From a virus (taxonomy: Duplodnaviria > Caudoviricetes), in the IMG/VR virus record IMGVR_UViG_3300005825_000043, positions 1 to 52,545 of that record: DNA of 52,545 nt; one strand, given 5' to 3'. Below the pieces are notes generated by a model, which saw only the letters and a list, made by a program, of their open reading frames with translations, was not told the origin of the DNA and made no database searches. This document shows, piece after piece, positions 14,128 to 24,329 of the stretch (its first letter is position 1; every line of letters begins with the position of its first letter). The position numbers and the translations under genes were made by a program.

Positions 14128-17100
14128 ATGGCTGTCACCGGTTACAAAACTGTCGGCACAGCAGCGAATGCGGCACGGTCTGGGTCTGGTGATGTTTGGG
14201 CAAACCCAGGCAATGCAGTCGCGTCTGACAACAGCTATGCCGAAACAGACCTGAACGATAACCAATGGTCCGATTGGCTCAGGTTAACTAACTTTGGTTT
14301 TACCGCGACGGATATTCCTTCTGGTTCGACCATCGACGGTATTGAAGTTGAGTATGATTGCGTAGGTGAAGATAACCAAATCAAAGATAGCCAACTTTTT
14401 ATTCGTAAATCTTCCGGGCAAGTTGGTACGTCGCAGCATTCCACAACTGCCTGGGGAACATCCGAAACCACAAAAACAAGGGGCGGAGCGACCAACCTAT
14501 GGGGAACGACGTGGGCTGATACAGATATCGTTGGTGTCAGCTCTTTTGGTTTCGATCTATCCGCGCTCAAAGATGGTACTGCAGGCATCAGAAGGCTTGC
14601 TGAAGTCGACACCTTTCGTTGCCGGGTCCATTACACTGTAGGTGTCACAAATTATACCCTTCCTGCAGACGCTGGTTCTTATTCAGTTTCTGGCACGGCA
14701 GTTAATTTAGAGTATGGTCGAGAAGTCGCTGCTGGTGCCGGTTCTTATTCAGTATCTGGGACTGATACCACTTTAACACTTGGGTATACAGTAACAGCTG
14801 ATGCCGGTTCCTATTCAGTTTCTGGTACGAATGCTTCTCTCGAACATGGGTATGAAGTCGCAGCCGGTGCTGGTTCTTATGCACTAACTGGTCAGACTGC
14901 GGCACTAGAATTCGGGTATGAGGTTGCAGCTGGGGCTGGTTCTTATTCGGTTTCTGGCACTGATGCCACTTTAGACTATGCCTCTGGTGGTGACCTGGAT
15001 TTCAGTAGTGTTGTGTTCCTTTGTTCCTTTGACGGGTCAGATACGGCGACATCGGCAACGGATGACAGTAACTCAGCTCATTCCATAACATTCGCTGGTA
15101 ATGCTCAATTAGACACTGCCGACAAAAAGTTTGGCTCAGCCAGCCTTCTGTTAGATGGATCAGCAGATTTTATTTCTTGCGCCGATAACACCGACTGGGA
15201 TTTCGGTTCAGGCGAGTTCACTATTGAGCTTTGGCTAAAGCAAACCACTCACGGCGCGGGTCACATCATCAGTCAGTACGACAGCGGCCAACTTTCATGG
15301 TGGCTGTTCGATGGTGGTGCAGGGAAACTGCGTTTTCGTGCGTCGACTGATGGAACGACTGTTAACTATGACACGGGCAACAGCCCGACTGGTGCCACCG
15401 AAAATGCTTGGAACCATGTCGCCGTTGACAGGGATGCTGCCGGAAAGATTCGCGTTTACATCAACGGCACGATGGTTGACAGTGTCACTGGTGCTACTGG
15501 AACGCTACACAATTCAACTGCGAAAATGCGCATCGGCTCAATTGAAGGCACGCTTGATTGGACCGGGTGGATTGACGAAGTACGTATAACTAAGGGAGTT
15601 GCGCGATACGCTTCTGATAGTGGGTACACGGTTCCGACAGAGGCGTTTCCAAGAGGCACACAGGGAATCAGTCTTGAAGCTGTAGCCGGTTCTTATTCGG
15701 TTTCTGGCACGGCTGCGTCACTTGAATATGGTCGCGTACTTGCAGTCAACGCTGGTTCCTATTCGGTTTCTGGGACTGATGCTTCTCTCGAATATGGGTA
15801 TGAAGTAACTGCAGGTGCCGGTTCCTATTCGGTTTCTGGGACTGATGCTACTTTAGTACTTGGATATGCACTTGCAGTTGATGCCGGTTCTTATTCGGTT
15901 TCTGGGACTGATGCTTCTCTAGAGCTTAATCGCGTGCTTGCAGTTGATGCCGGTTCCTATTCAATTTCTGGTACTGATACCACTTTAATACTTGGATACG
16001 TACTTGCAGCTGGCGCTGGTTCTTATTCGATTTCTGGGACGAATGCTTCTCTAGAGTTCAATCGCGTACTTGCAGCTGACGCCGGTTCCTATTCGATTTC
16101 GGGTACCGATACCACTTTAACACTTGGATATACAGTAACAGCTGACGCCGGTTCTTATTCGGTTTCGGGTACTGACGTCGCTTTAGAATATGGTCGCGTG
16201 CTTGCAGCTGACGCTGGTACATATACTATTTCTGGTACTGACGCTTCTCTCGAATATGGGTATACAGTAACAGCTGATGCCGGTTCCTATTCGATTTCTG
16301 GGGCTGATACCACTTTAACACTTGGGTATACAGTAACAGCTGATGCCGGTTCTTATTCGGTTTCTGGGGCTGACGCCGCTTTAGAATATGGTCGCGTGCT
16401 TGCAGCTGATGCTGGTTCCTATTTGGTTTCTGGGACTGACGTCGCTTTAGAATATGGTCGCGTGCTTGCAGCTGATGCCGGTTCTTACGTTCTAACGGGT
16501 CAAGCCGCATCACTGATATATGGCGCGAATATCGCCATTCTTGCTGAGGCAGGAAGCTACACTATCAGTGGGACTAGTGTAAGTCTAGAACTGAATAGAG
16601 AGGTAACTGCTGGGGTTGGTTCTTACGTACTAACTGGCCAGGATGTCGGCCTTTCAAGGGACCTACCGATTACTGCTGACGCCGGTTCCTATTCGATTTC
16701 TGGGACGAATGCTTCTCTAGAATTCGGGTACTCGGTTACTGCTGACGCTGGTTCTTATTCGGTTTCTGGGACTGATGTAAATGCCGAATTGAATAGAGAG
16801 GTCACTGCTGACGCTGGCTCTTATGCTATAAGTGGTCAAGATGTTTCCATCAATCTTGGCAAGACATTAGCAATTGATGTTGGGTCTTATATTATAAGCG
16901 GACAGGATGCTGCTCTCTATTTAGGTAGAGAAATACCTGCTGAGATTGGGTCTTACATCATAAGCGGACAGGACGCCGCTCTCTATTTAAATAAGACACT
17001 AGAGGTCTTGGCCGGTTCCTATACTATAAATGGCCAGAGTGCTGCTTTAAGTCTTGGTAAAGCGCTGTCGGCCAATGCCGGTTCTTATTCGGTTTCTGGT

Positions 17101-17352
17101 ACAAATGCAGTATTGGCTTATGGTAGAATAATTGATGCTGATAGCGGTTCTTATGTGTTAACTGGAGCAGGTGTAACACTAACTTATACGCCAGCTGTTA
17201 TTGCAAACGAATTCATAAGTTATCTCGATCTTATAGGAACATCCTCGTTACGAACTGATCTGATTGGTGTAAAAATTGATAGGGAGCAGCTTACTGGTGT
17301 AAAGACCGATGTAGAGCGACTAATTGGTGTAATGACTGGTAGAATTGGATAG
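14128..17352 (+). CDS. Large virion fibre protein with ~28 22-aa repeats and a LamG/concanavalin-A-like domain
   Basis: Repeats A(D/G)AGSYS(V/I)SG...LEYGR; FTIELW, WNHVAV, RVYING, IDEVRITKGVARY LamG signature. Confidence 0.85.
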   Translation: MAVTGYKTVGTAANAARSGSGDVWANPGNAVASDNSYAETDLNDNQWSDWLRLTNFGFTATDIPSGSTIDGIEVEYDCVGEDNQIKDSQLFIRKSSGQVGTSQHSTTAWGTSETTKTRGGATNLWGTTWADTDIVGVSSFGFDLSALKDGTAGIRRLAEVDTFRCRVHYTVGVTNYTLPADAGSYSVSGTAVNLEYGREVAAGAGSYSVSGTDTTLTLGYTVTADAGSYSVSGTNASLEHGYEVAAGAGSYALTGQTAALEFGYEVAAGAGSYSVSGTDATLDYASGGDLDFSSVVFLCSFDGSDTATSATDDSNSAHSITFAGNAQLDTADKKFGSASLLLDGSADFISCADNTDWDFGSGEFTIELWLKQTTHGAGHIISQYDSGQLSWWLFDGGAGKLRFRASTDGTTVNYDTGNSPTGATENAWNHVAVDRDAAGKIRVYINGTMVDSVTGATGTLHNSTAKMRIGSIEGTLDWTGWIDEVRITKGVARYASDSGYTVPTEAFPRGTQGISLEAVAGSYSVSGTAASLEYGRVLAVNAGSYSVSGTDASLEYGYEVTAGAGSYSVSGTDATLVLGYALAVDAGSYSVSGTDASLELNRVLAVDAGSYSISGTDTTLILGYVLAAGAGSYSISGTNASLEFNRVLAADAGSYSISGTDTTLTLGYTVTADAGSYSVSGTDVALEYGRVLAADAGTYTISGTDASLEYGYTVTADAGSYSISGADTTLTLGYTVTADAGSYSVSGADAALEYGRVLAADAGSYLVSGTDVALEYGRVLAADAGSYVLTGQAASLIYGANIAILAEAGSYTISGTSVSLELNREVTAGVGSYVLTGQDVGLSRDLPITADAGSYSISGTNASLEFGYSVTADAGSYSVSGTDVNAELNREVTADAGSYAISGQDVSINLGKTLAIDVGSYIISGQDAALYLGREIPAEIGSYIISGQDAALYLNKTLEVLAGSYTINGQSAALSLGKALSANAGSYSVSGTNAVLAYGRIIDADSGSYVLTGAGVTLTYTPAVIANEFISYLDLIGTSSLRTDLIGVKIDREQLTGVKTDVERLIGVMTGRIG

Positions 17353-17363
17353 GGTAATAGAAT

Positions 17364-17702
17364 ATGGCAACCGATTTTGAAATGTTCTCAGGCGACAACA
17401 AAATTCTGTCAGTATCGGTTGTCGATAGCGCTGGCGTTGCTGTTGACCTGACTAGTGCCACGGCGAGTTGGCAATTGGCACGCTCTAATGATGCCGCGCC
17501 GCTTATCCAAAAGGCTACTGGTGGAAGTGGCATCGTCATCACGGATGCTGCCGGAGGTGTCCTAGAAATTACTTTGAGTGCGTCTGACACTGACGCCCTC
17601 AAAGGCAGTTTCTATCATGAACTTCAAGTCATCGATACCAGTGGAAATATCGCCACAGTGTTGGCAGGAAATGCCACCATCAAGAGAGACCTGATAACAT
17701 AG
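17364..17702 (+). CDS. Ig-like/BppU-like virion protein
   Basis: GD...L...V.D..G.AVDLT.A...G...ITL...DT..L.G..YHELQV pattern. Confidence 0.65.
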   Translation: MATDFEMFSGDNKILSVSVVDSAGVAVDLTSATASWQLARSNDAAPLIQKATGGSGIVITDAAGGVLEITLSASDTDALKGSFYHELQVIDTSGNIATVLAGNATIKRDLIT

Positions 17703-17712
17703 GAATAATCCG

Positions 17713-18036
17713 ATGGCAACGGGTAATGGAGAAAACAGTCTGTTGCGCTTTTGGCCCGTCATCGCGTTCGTCCTGTTGTATGGCTTCTTAGGGATTGGCG
17801 GGTGGTACAGTGTAAAGCTTATGGGTGAGGCCAATGCCGAGGACGTCCGCGAGCTTAAGAACCGGGTAAAGGACAACGAAAACAAAGCGAACGAGTTGCT
17901 TCGTGGCGATGATAAGTTGTCTGCCAAGATCGAACTTGAAAGTACTAAGTTGCGTGGTGAGATAGAGCGCGCCAATCGTGCACAGAACCAGCAACTGGAC
18001 ACCATATTGCAATTGCTGCAGCGGCAACAGAACTAA
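17713..18036 (+). CDS. Membrane-anchored coiled-coil protein
   Basis: N-terminal TM segment then heptad-rich region. Confidence 0.7.
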   Translation: MATGNGENSLLRFWPVIAFVLLYGFLGIGGWYSVKLMGEANAEDVRELKNRVKDNENKANELLRGDDKLSAKIELESTKLRGEIERANRAQNQQLDTILQLLQRQQN

Positions 18037-18045
18037 AGGTATTGT

Positions 18046-19467
18046 ATGACTGATCCTGTAGAAAAGCAAATTCGCCCCAATTTCGGTGAAATCGGTGTAA
18101 CCGGACTCAAGGTCTGGGGCGGGTATATTCAAGAAGAGTTCTTAACTGAACTCCGGGGTCAACGTGCTTATCGTATATACGACGAAATGTCGAAAAACGA
18201 CCCTACGGTCGGTGCCATTTTAAATGCCATCGACCTGTTGGTAAGGGCCGCTGAGTGGGAAGTTGAACCAGCAAACGATACCCCTGCGGCGAAGGCGGAA
18301 GCAGAATTTGTCACGTCATTGATGGATGACATGTCTGGCACGTGGGAGGACTTTATCTCCGAAGCCATGACTATGTTGGTGTTCGGCTGGTCCTTTTTCG
18401 AACATGTCTGGAAACGCAGGGTAGGTCCGAATGAAAGGGACCCAAAGCGTCGCTCCAAGTATTCGGATGGCCTGATAGGGATCAGGAAATTTGCTTCCCG
18501 TGCACAAGACACCCTCGACAGATGGAATATGCAAGAGGATGGCGGAGTAAGTGGTTGGGTACAGATGCCAATTACTGGTTATACTCAGCCCATTTATCTC
18601 CCTATCAAGAAGGGTATGTTGTTCAGAACAGTTACCCGGAAGAACAATCCAGAGGGCATGTCCATTCTTCGGTCTGCTTATACTTCGTGGTATAGACTGA
18701 AACAAATTCAGTCCTACGAGGCTGTCGGCATAGAGCGTGAATTGGCCGGTCTGCCAATACTATACGCCCCCAATTCCCTGTTGAAAGATACCTCCGAAGC
18801 GGGGATGGCGGCGATCAACAAGTACAAACAGCTGGTGCGAGATGTGCGCCTTAATGAACAGGGTGGGGCTATTATTCCTTCGGACGTATACGAAGACGCC
18901 GAGGGTAAACCCTCGACTGTTCGTCAGTTCGAAATGCAGCTACTTAGCACTGGTGGTCGCCGTGCTATTGATACTGATAAAGTTGTTTTGAGGTATCAGA
19001 GGGATATAGCCCGTTCGGTTCTGGCTGATTTCATCATGATGGGGTCGGAAAAAGTTGGATCTTACGCGTTGGCTGACAACAAGACCAGCCTATTTTTGAC
19101 GTCCATCGAGACGCATGGGAATAACATCGCAGCTGTTCTCAACAGGTACATGCTTCCCCGGTTATGGGATTTAAATGGTAAGAACCGCGATTTGATGCCT
19201 AGTTTTAGGCCGGGTTCTGTGTCCCCGACCGATCTTACTGTCTTGGGGCAATTCCTTGAGAGCATGACTACTTCTGGGTTCTCATTCAGTGGGGATGGTC
19301 CTCTTGAAGAATTCCTTCGCGACGAGGCCGGTCTTCCGCCGCGCCCCAATGACTTGCCATTAGTTCCGCTCGCCCCGGAGCCACTAGTTGACGAAACAAC
19401 TGGTCCGGAAGATGCGAGCGACGAAACAACCCCTCCGAATGAGGACGAGACAGATGCTAACGAGTAA
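18046..19467 (+). CDS. Portal protein (Mu gp29/DUF935-like)
   Basis: EIGVTG...NPEGMSILRSAY..W...E.VGIERELAGLP...GSYAL motifs and position. Confidence 0.9.
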   Translation: MTDPVEKQIRPNFGEIGVTGLKVWGGYIQEEFLTELRGQRAYRIYDEMSKNDPTVGAILNAIDLLVRAAEWEVEPANDTPAAKAEAEFVTSLMDDMSGTWEDFISEAMTMLVFGWSFFEHVWKRRVGPNERDPKRRSKYSDGLIGIRKFASRAQDTLDRWNMQEDGGVSGWVQMPITGYTQPIYLPIKKGMLFRTVTRKNNPEGMSILRSAYTSWYRLKQIQSYEAVGIERELAGLPILYAPNSLLKDTSEAGMAAINKYKQLVRDVRLNEQGGAIIPSDVYEDAEGKPSTVRQFEMQLLSTGGRRAIDTDKVVLRYQRDIARSVLADFIMMGSEKVGSYALADNKTSLFLTSIETHGNNIAAVLNRYMLPRLWDLNGKNRDLMPSFRPGSVSPTDLTVLGQFLESMTTSGFSFSGDGPLEEFLRDEAGLPPRPNDLPLVPLAPEPLVDETTGPEDASDETTPPNEDETDANE

Positions 19468-20125
19468 TTCTAATCTTCCTGTCCATATTCGGAAGGCTCT
19501 GCCGAATGAAGCCCAGACGGTGTTTCGGGAAGCTTATAATGAGATTTTCGGGGCAGACAACAGCTCTGTCATTCGTGCTACGCATTCTGGGTGGAATGCC
19601 GTGAAGAAGGCATTCCACACTGAAGGTGGTAAGTGGGTTCGAAAGGAAAATCCTACTCCTTCGGATGTTCATTCGGATGCCCCCTTCGATGGCAAAAAGC
19701 CTAAGCGCAAGAAGGGCGACAGCATGGACAAGTTCGAAGCATTTGGTGAAGCACAAGTGCTCAAGGTCGACGAGGAACTTGGCCTTGTATTCGGGTGGGC
19801 CATCGTCTGTAAAATTGATGGAGAGCCTTATTTCGATACTCAGGGTGACCATATTCCGGAAGATGCCCTGATCAAAGCCACTCTGGATTTCGCAGAGGTT
19901 CGGGTTGCTGGCGACATGCATCAGGGGGAAGACGTGGGGTCTATTCCATTCATTTTCCCTCTCACCACTGATGTGGCTAAGTCTCTGAATATTGAGACGC
20001 CGGTCACTGGCCTGTTGATCGCGATGCGCCCCTCTGATCCTGAAATCCTGGAGAAATTCCGTAGCGGTGATTATACCGGGTTTTCCATCGGTGGACGCCG
20101 AATTGTTGATGAGGAGGTTGACTGA
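19454..20125 (+). CDS. ChaB-like domain fused to XkdF-like prohead protease
   Basis: LPVHIRKALPNEAQTVFREAYN...WNAVKK (ChaB-like); LVFGWA...DTQGD...MH...G.YTGFSIGG (XkdF-like). Confidence 0.8.
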   Translation: MLTSNSNLPVHIRKALPNEAQTVFREAYNEIFGADNSSVIRATHSGWNAVKKAFHTEGGKWVRKENPTPSDVHSDAPFDGKKPKRKKGDSMDKFEAFGEAQVLKVDEELGLVFGWAIVCKIDGEPYFDTQGDHIPEDALIKATLDFAEVRVAGDMHQGEDVGSIPFIFPLTTDVAKSLNIETPVTGLLIAMRPSDPEILEKFRSGDYTGFSIGGRRIVDEEVD

Positions 20126-21327
20126 TGGCCAAGCGCCGAGTGATGAAAGAATTCTCTATTTCTGAGATTAGTGCCGTCGATAGGCCTGCTCAAAAGGGGG
20201 CCAAAATGACTATCATGAAGCGTGATGCTTCCGGTGTAGTCGAGGCGGTAGACTATTCGAAGAGTGATTTGTTCGGGGATATCGTTCAAAAGTGTTATGA
20301 TTACGTCTCCAGTTATGACGTGTCCCCGAGAACCTTTACCGAAATTGCTGCAGAGAATGAAAAGCGTCGTCGTTATTGGGAAGCTCAGGAAGAGATCTGG
20401 CCCTTCATCGATGCGCTGTCTTCTTCTCTTCGGTCTATCGTTGGTGCTGCATCGTTGTCGGCCTCTGCTAAAGAGCAGATGATCCGCACTGATGTGGAGA
20501 GTTTCTTCGAAGCTGTCAAGGATAAACTCCCTGAAATCGAAGAAGAATTGACTAAGTTTTTCGCTGACCCCGAATGTTTCGGGGTCCCTACTGCCGGACA
20601 CAACCCCGGCGATCACGTCAGTAAAACGGAAAAGGAAACCGACATGACTGACAATGAAAAGGCGGTCGCCGAGCTTGAGAAAAAGCTTGCCGACGTCACT
20701 GGTCAGTTGGCGAAAGCCAATCTGATGAATAGCCTGTCCGACGCCGAGCGTTCGTATGTGAAGCGTTTGTCTGGTGATGAAGCTGATCGTTTCATCAAAA
20801 TGGGCACCGTCGAGCGATCGGCCCTGATGAAGGCCGCTGAAAGCAACGATGAAGTGGTCAAAGTCGACGGCCAGTCTATCCGCAAGTCGGAAGTTGGTGA
20901 AATCGCTTTTGGCATCATCAAGAAGGGCCAGGAAGACCTCGTCGTGTCCAAGAAGGCTGCAGAAATTGCTGCTTTCACCAAGCGCGCCGAGGAAGAGCTT
21001 CCGAACCTACCCGGCGAGGCGGTGGCCAAGGGTGAAGTCCTTCGAGCTATCGAAACTCTTGACGAAAACGTCAAGAAGACCCTCACTGCCATGCTTGTCG
21101 GCGGCAATGCTGCTGTTGGCAACAATCTCGACGAAGTCGGCAAAGTCGACTCCACCGGCAAGCCCCTCAAGGGCGAACACACGACGAAGGCTGAGGCCAA
21201 ACTCGACGTCAAGGCCAAGGAAATGGCCAAGGCTGAGAAGATCACCTATAGCCAAGCTTATGCCAAGGTCATGCAGACCGAGCCGGAGCTTTATCAGGAG
21301 TACCTGAGCGAGCGCTCCGCCGCATAA
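20125..21327 (+). CDS. Scaffolding/head maturation protein
   Basis: EISAVDRPAQKGA N-terminus, helical Ala/Lys/Glu-rich body; between protease and capsid. Confidence 0.75.
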   Translation: MAKRRVMKEFSISEISAVDRPAQKGAKMTIMKRDASGVVEAVDYSKSDLFGDIVQKCYDYVSSYDVSPRTFTEIAAENEKRRRYWEAQEEIWPFIDALSSSLRSIVGAASLSASAKEQMIRTDVESFFEAVKDKLPEIEEELTKFFADPECFGVPTAGHNPGDHVSKTEKETDMTDNEKAVAELEKKLADVTGQLAKANLMNSLSDAERSYVKRLSGDEADRFIKMGTVERSALMKAAESNDEVVKVDGQSIRKSEVGEIAFGIIKKGQEDLVVSKKAAEIAAFTKRAEEELPNLPGEAVAKGEVLRAIETLDENVKKTLTAMLVGGNAAVGNNLDEVGKVDSTGKPLKGEHTTKAEAKLDVKAKEMAKAEKITYSQAYAKVMQTEPELYQEYLSERSAA

Positions 21328-21382
21328 CGTCATCCATTTTCGGCTGTCTTTCAGTTGAAATGATCCAAAAGGGATAATCGAA

Positions 21383-21751
21383 ATGGCTACCTCTGATGCT
21401 GTAAAAATGGCGTCGTTCCCTGCCAATGCCGACTTGTCGGCTAGTCAGTACTGCTTCGTTTCTGTGAATTCTTCCGGGAAAGTCGCTGTCACTGGTGATG
21501 GCTTGTCGGCTGACGGCATTCTTCAAAATGACCCGGCTGCGGCAGACCGCGAGGCTGCTGTTGCCATCGGTGGTCGTTCCAAGGTGAAACTTGGCGGGAC
21601 CGTTGCTGCTGGCGATGACGTCGGCTCTGACTCCACGGGTCGCGCTGTTACTGCGGCCACTGGCGACGTCATTCTTGGCAAGTGTGTCGAGGGTGGTGCC
21701 GTCAACAACATCGGTTCCATCATCTTCCAGCCGCGCGGCGACGCAGCGTAA
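21383..21751 (+). CDS. Capsid cement/decoration protein
   Basis: GILQN...G.SKVKLGGTVAAGD.V.SD.TGRAV pattern upstream of MCP. Confidence 0.75.
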   Translation: MATSDAVKMASFPANADLSASQYCFVSVNSSGKVAVTGDGLSADGILQNDPAAADREAAVAIGGRSKVKLGGTVAAGDDVGSDSTGRAVTAATGDVILGKCVEGGAVNNIGSIIFQPRGDAA

Positions 21752-21813
21752 GGCTATTCACGTGATCTAGTCGCCCCTTGGCACTTAGGTCTTCCTTCAT
21801 AAGGAAAAAGGAA

Positions 21814-22812
21814 ATGCTTCCGACTCCCTCTGATGTCCATGTCAACACTCCGTTGACTCGGATTTCCGTCGGGTTCCTGCAAAGCGCGAGCAACTTCGTA
21901 GCTGGCAGGGTATTCCCGATTGTTCCGGTGCTGAAACAGTCCGATCGCTACTACACGTATGATCGTGGCTACTTCAACCGGGACGAAATGCAGCTCCGTG
22001 CCCCTGCAACTGAGTCTGCAGGGACCGGTTATTCGGTCGACAACACGCCGACCTACTACTGCCCGGTTCGCGCCCTCCATCATGATATTCCTGATGAAGT
22101 ACGCGGAAACGCAGACGTCGCCGTCAATTCCGACATGGACGCCACGAACCTTCTCACCCACAAGGGCCTCATTAATCGTGAAGTCAACTGGGTTGCGAAG
22201 TATTTCGCTGGTGGTATCTGGACGAACGACTATGATGGTTCTGCGGCTCCGGCCACTGGCGAATATTTGCATTGGAGCGATGCGAATTCGACTCCTATCG
22301 AAGATATTCGTGCTGCTGGCACCACCGTTCAGGAGTCCACGGGTTATCGACCGAACAAACTCGTGATCGGTCGTCGTGTCTTTGATGCGCTCGTTGATCA
22401 TCCTGATCTGGTCGATCGTGTCAAGTATTCGGGCGGCGTCGGCAACAACACCCCGGCAATGGTCAACATGCGAGCCATGGCTGAGTTGTTCGAAGTCGAT
22501 CAGGTTCTCGTGTCGGGAGCCATCCAGAACACTGCCCTTGAGGGTGCGACGAATTCTCATTCGTTCATCGGTGGCAAGAAGGCACTGCTCGTCTATGCAG
22601 CTCCTTCTCCAGGTCTGCTTGTTCCGTCCGGTGGTTACACGTTCGCGTGGACCGGTCGTGTCGGTGCATCGGCTGACTCGGAAGGCTTCGTGATGTCGAA
22701 ATTCCGTCGCGCTGCTGAATACAAGGCGGACCGTGTTGAAATCGAAAGTGCATACGATCAGAAGTTGATTTCTGCTGATCTCGGCGCTTTCTGGGACAGC
22801 ATCGTCCTCTAA
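21814..22812 (+). CDS. Major capsid protein
   Basis: 332 aa, LTRISVGF...FVAGRVFPIVPV, GYRPNKLVIG; strong codon bias; followed by terminator. Confidence 0.9.
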   Translation: MLPTPSDVHVNTPLTRISVGFLQSASNFVAGRVFPIVPVLKQSDRYYTYDRGYFNRDEMQLRAPATESAGTGYSVDNTPTYYCPVRALHHDIPDEVRGNADVAVNSDMDATNLLTHKGLINREVNWVAKYFAGGIWTNDYDGSAAPATGEYLHWSDANSTPIEDIRAAGTTVQESTGYRPNKLVIGRRVFDALVDHPDLVDRVKYSGGVGNNTPAMVNMRAMAELFEVDQVLVSGAIQNTALEGATNSHSFIGGKKALLVYAAPSPGLLVPSGGYTFAWTGRVGASADSEGFVMSKFRRAAEYKADRVEIESAYDQKLISADLGAFWDSIVL

Positions 22813-22831
22813 AGAGCTTTCCGCCCAAACT

Positions 22832-22859
22832 GGACCGCCTTAACTGGCGGTCCTTTTTT
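22832..22859 (+). terminator. Intrinsic terminator after MCP
   Basis: GGACCGCC-TTAACT-GGCGGTCC-TTTTTT. Confidence 0.85.
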
Positions 22860-22873
22860 ACAGGAGACATAAT

Positions 22874-23071
22874 GTGGCAGAATATGAATACATATTGCAG
22901 TTTTTCGCCTATGGTCATTTGCCTGCACACTTGCAGGCAATAAGCATGCCATTCCATGACCATGCGCAAAGAATTGTGGATACTATTCCTAGAAACCCTG
23001 AACGGACTGTGGCTCTTAGGAAGCTATTAGAGGCCAAAGACGCGGCTGTTCGTGCCGTGGTTGCGAAATAG
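22874..23071 (+). CDS. Small helical-hairpin phage protein, possibly Acb2/Tad1-like
   Basis: FFAYGHLPAHLQ...PERTVALRKLLEAKDAAVRA; AGGAGA RBS; family link tentative. Confidence 0.7.
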   Translation: MAEYEYILQFFAYGHLPAHLQAISMPFHDHAQRIVDTIPRNPERTVALRKLLEAKDAAVRAVVAK

Positions 23072-23083
23072 AGGAACACTGAT

Positions 23084-23560
23084 ATGGCTAAAAAAGTAGT
23101 GTGGTTGCCAAAGTTCGATCCGGATGCTGCTTTCGTGTTTCGCAGGCGGATCAAATTCGCTGGAAAAATGCATGAGGCCAATGAGCCTGTAAACAAGGAC
23201 GAGATCAACAAGCGTCGGCTCCGTCAGTTGTACGAGATGCGGGCAATCACGCTTGATGTCGGTGTACCTTCTGGATGGGGCGCGGAGACGCCCGTGGAGA
23301 CGCCGCCTACTCCCGCCGCCCCTACCATAGCGGCCACTCCTGCAGCGCCTACGGGGACCCCCTCCCCTCTGCGGGACGCCACCACTCCGCAGTACGGGCT
23401 GGAGATCAAAAAGGGTGGGTGGTTCAAGGTCCTCAAGGACGACGTGTCGCTCACTGACAAGTCTTTGAGAGAGGATGAAGCTCGTGAGTTGCTGATGGCA
23501 GAATTGCCTGCAGACAGTGAGGACCTCAAGGAACTTTTGGCTCAGATTTCGGATGATTAA
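23084..23560 (+). CDS. Probable head-associated protein with a Pro/Thr/Ala-rich linker
   Basis: GAGGA RBS; ETPPTPAAPTIAATPAAPTGTPSP. Confidence 0.75.
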   Translation: MAKKVVWLPKFDPDAAFVFRRRIKFAGKMHEANEPVNKDEINKRRLRQLYEMRAITLDVGVPSGWGAETPVETPPTPAAPTIAATPAAPTGTPSPLRDATTPQYGLEIKKGGWFKVLKDDVSLTDKSLREDEARELLMAELPADSEDLKELLAQISDD

Positions 23561-24329
23561 TTTCGTCAAATTAAGTGAGCCTTGGTGGAACGACAAGCCC
23601 GTCATCATCGTTGGTGGCGGGAATTCTCTTGAGGGGTTTGATTTCGAGCGTCTACGTGGTTTGGGCCATGTATTGGCTGTCAAAGGTAGGATGTTTGATA
23701 TCCCTTGGGCTGATGCAGGTTTCGGACTAGATGTCCCTAGATTTAGAGAATGGTCTGACGCTCTGGGTCGTTTAGAATACCCGGTTTATTGGGCTGTCCC
23801 AGATGTTCCTAAACCGACTTGGGTGCACCCGCCGCCAGCAAACGTACATTTAATAAGGCGATCGAGAAGTGATGTCTTATCCGAAGATACAGGTGCCATA
23901 TCTAATGGGGGAACTTCTGGTTTTGGTGCTATTAATCTTGCTTTTCTTAAGCGTGCGAGACATATAGTTCTATTCGGGTTTGACTATCAGCCCATAAATG
24001 GGCAATGGCATTCCAATAGGGAGCCATATAAATCAGGCAGAGTTCAGAATGTTATAAGATGGCGAGAGTGGGCTTCGAGGTATTCAATTGCTGCTGCAAG
24101 GCTTAAAGAAGCTGGTGTGGAAGTAATAAATGCCTCGCCCAATAGCATTCTGAAAGAGTTCACAAGGACAACTATAGATGACGCCGTTTCAGATCTACAT
24201 AGGTTTCGATCCGAGGGAGGCAGACGCCTTTGCCGTAGCCCGTACCTCGATCCGCCGATTTCTTACCCTTCCAATCTCGATCCGGGGGCTAGTATTAAGA
24301 GAGCTGATAGAGCAAGGCGTATACGATAG
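23553..24329 (+). CDS. MptE/Maf/CstII-like fold transferase (putative glycosyltransferase)
   Basis: IIVGGGNSL...GGTSGFGAINLA...IVLFGFDY...VINAS. Confidence 0.7.
   Translation: MINFVKLSEPWWNDKPVIIVGGGNSLEGFDFERLRGLGHVLAVKGRMFDIPWADAGFGLDVPRFREWSDALGRLEYPVYWAVPDVPKPTWVHPPPANVHLIRRSRSDVLSEDTGAISNGGTSGFGAINLAFLKRARHIVLFGFDYQPINGQWHSNREPYKSGRVQNVIRWREWASRYSIAAARLKEAGVEVINASPNSILKEFTRTTIDDAVSDLHRFRSEGGRRLCRSPYLDPPISYPSNLDPGASIKRADRARRIR

Noticed and set aside
14650-17180. Diversity-generating retroelement suggested by near-identical 66-bp repeats
   Set aside because: Repeats are in-frame protein repeats, differences are not adenine-specific, and no reverse transcriptase is present
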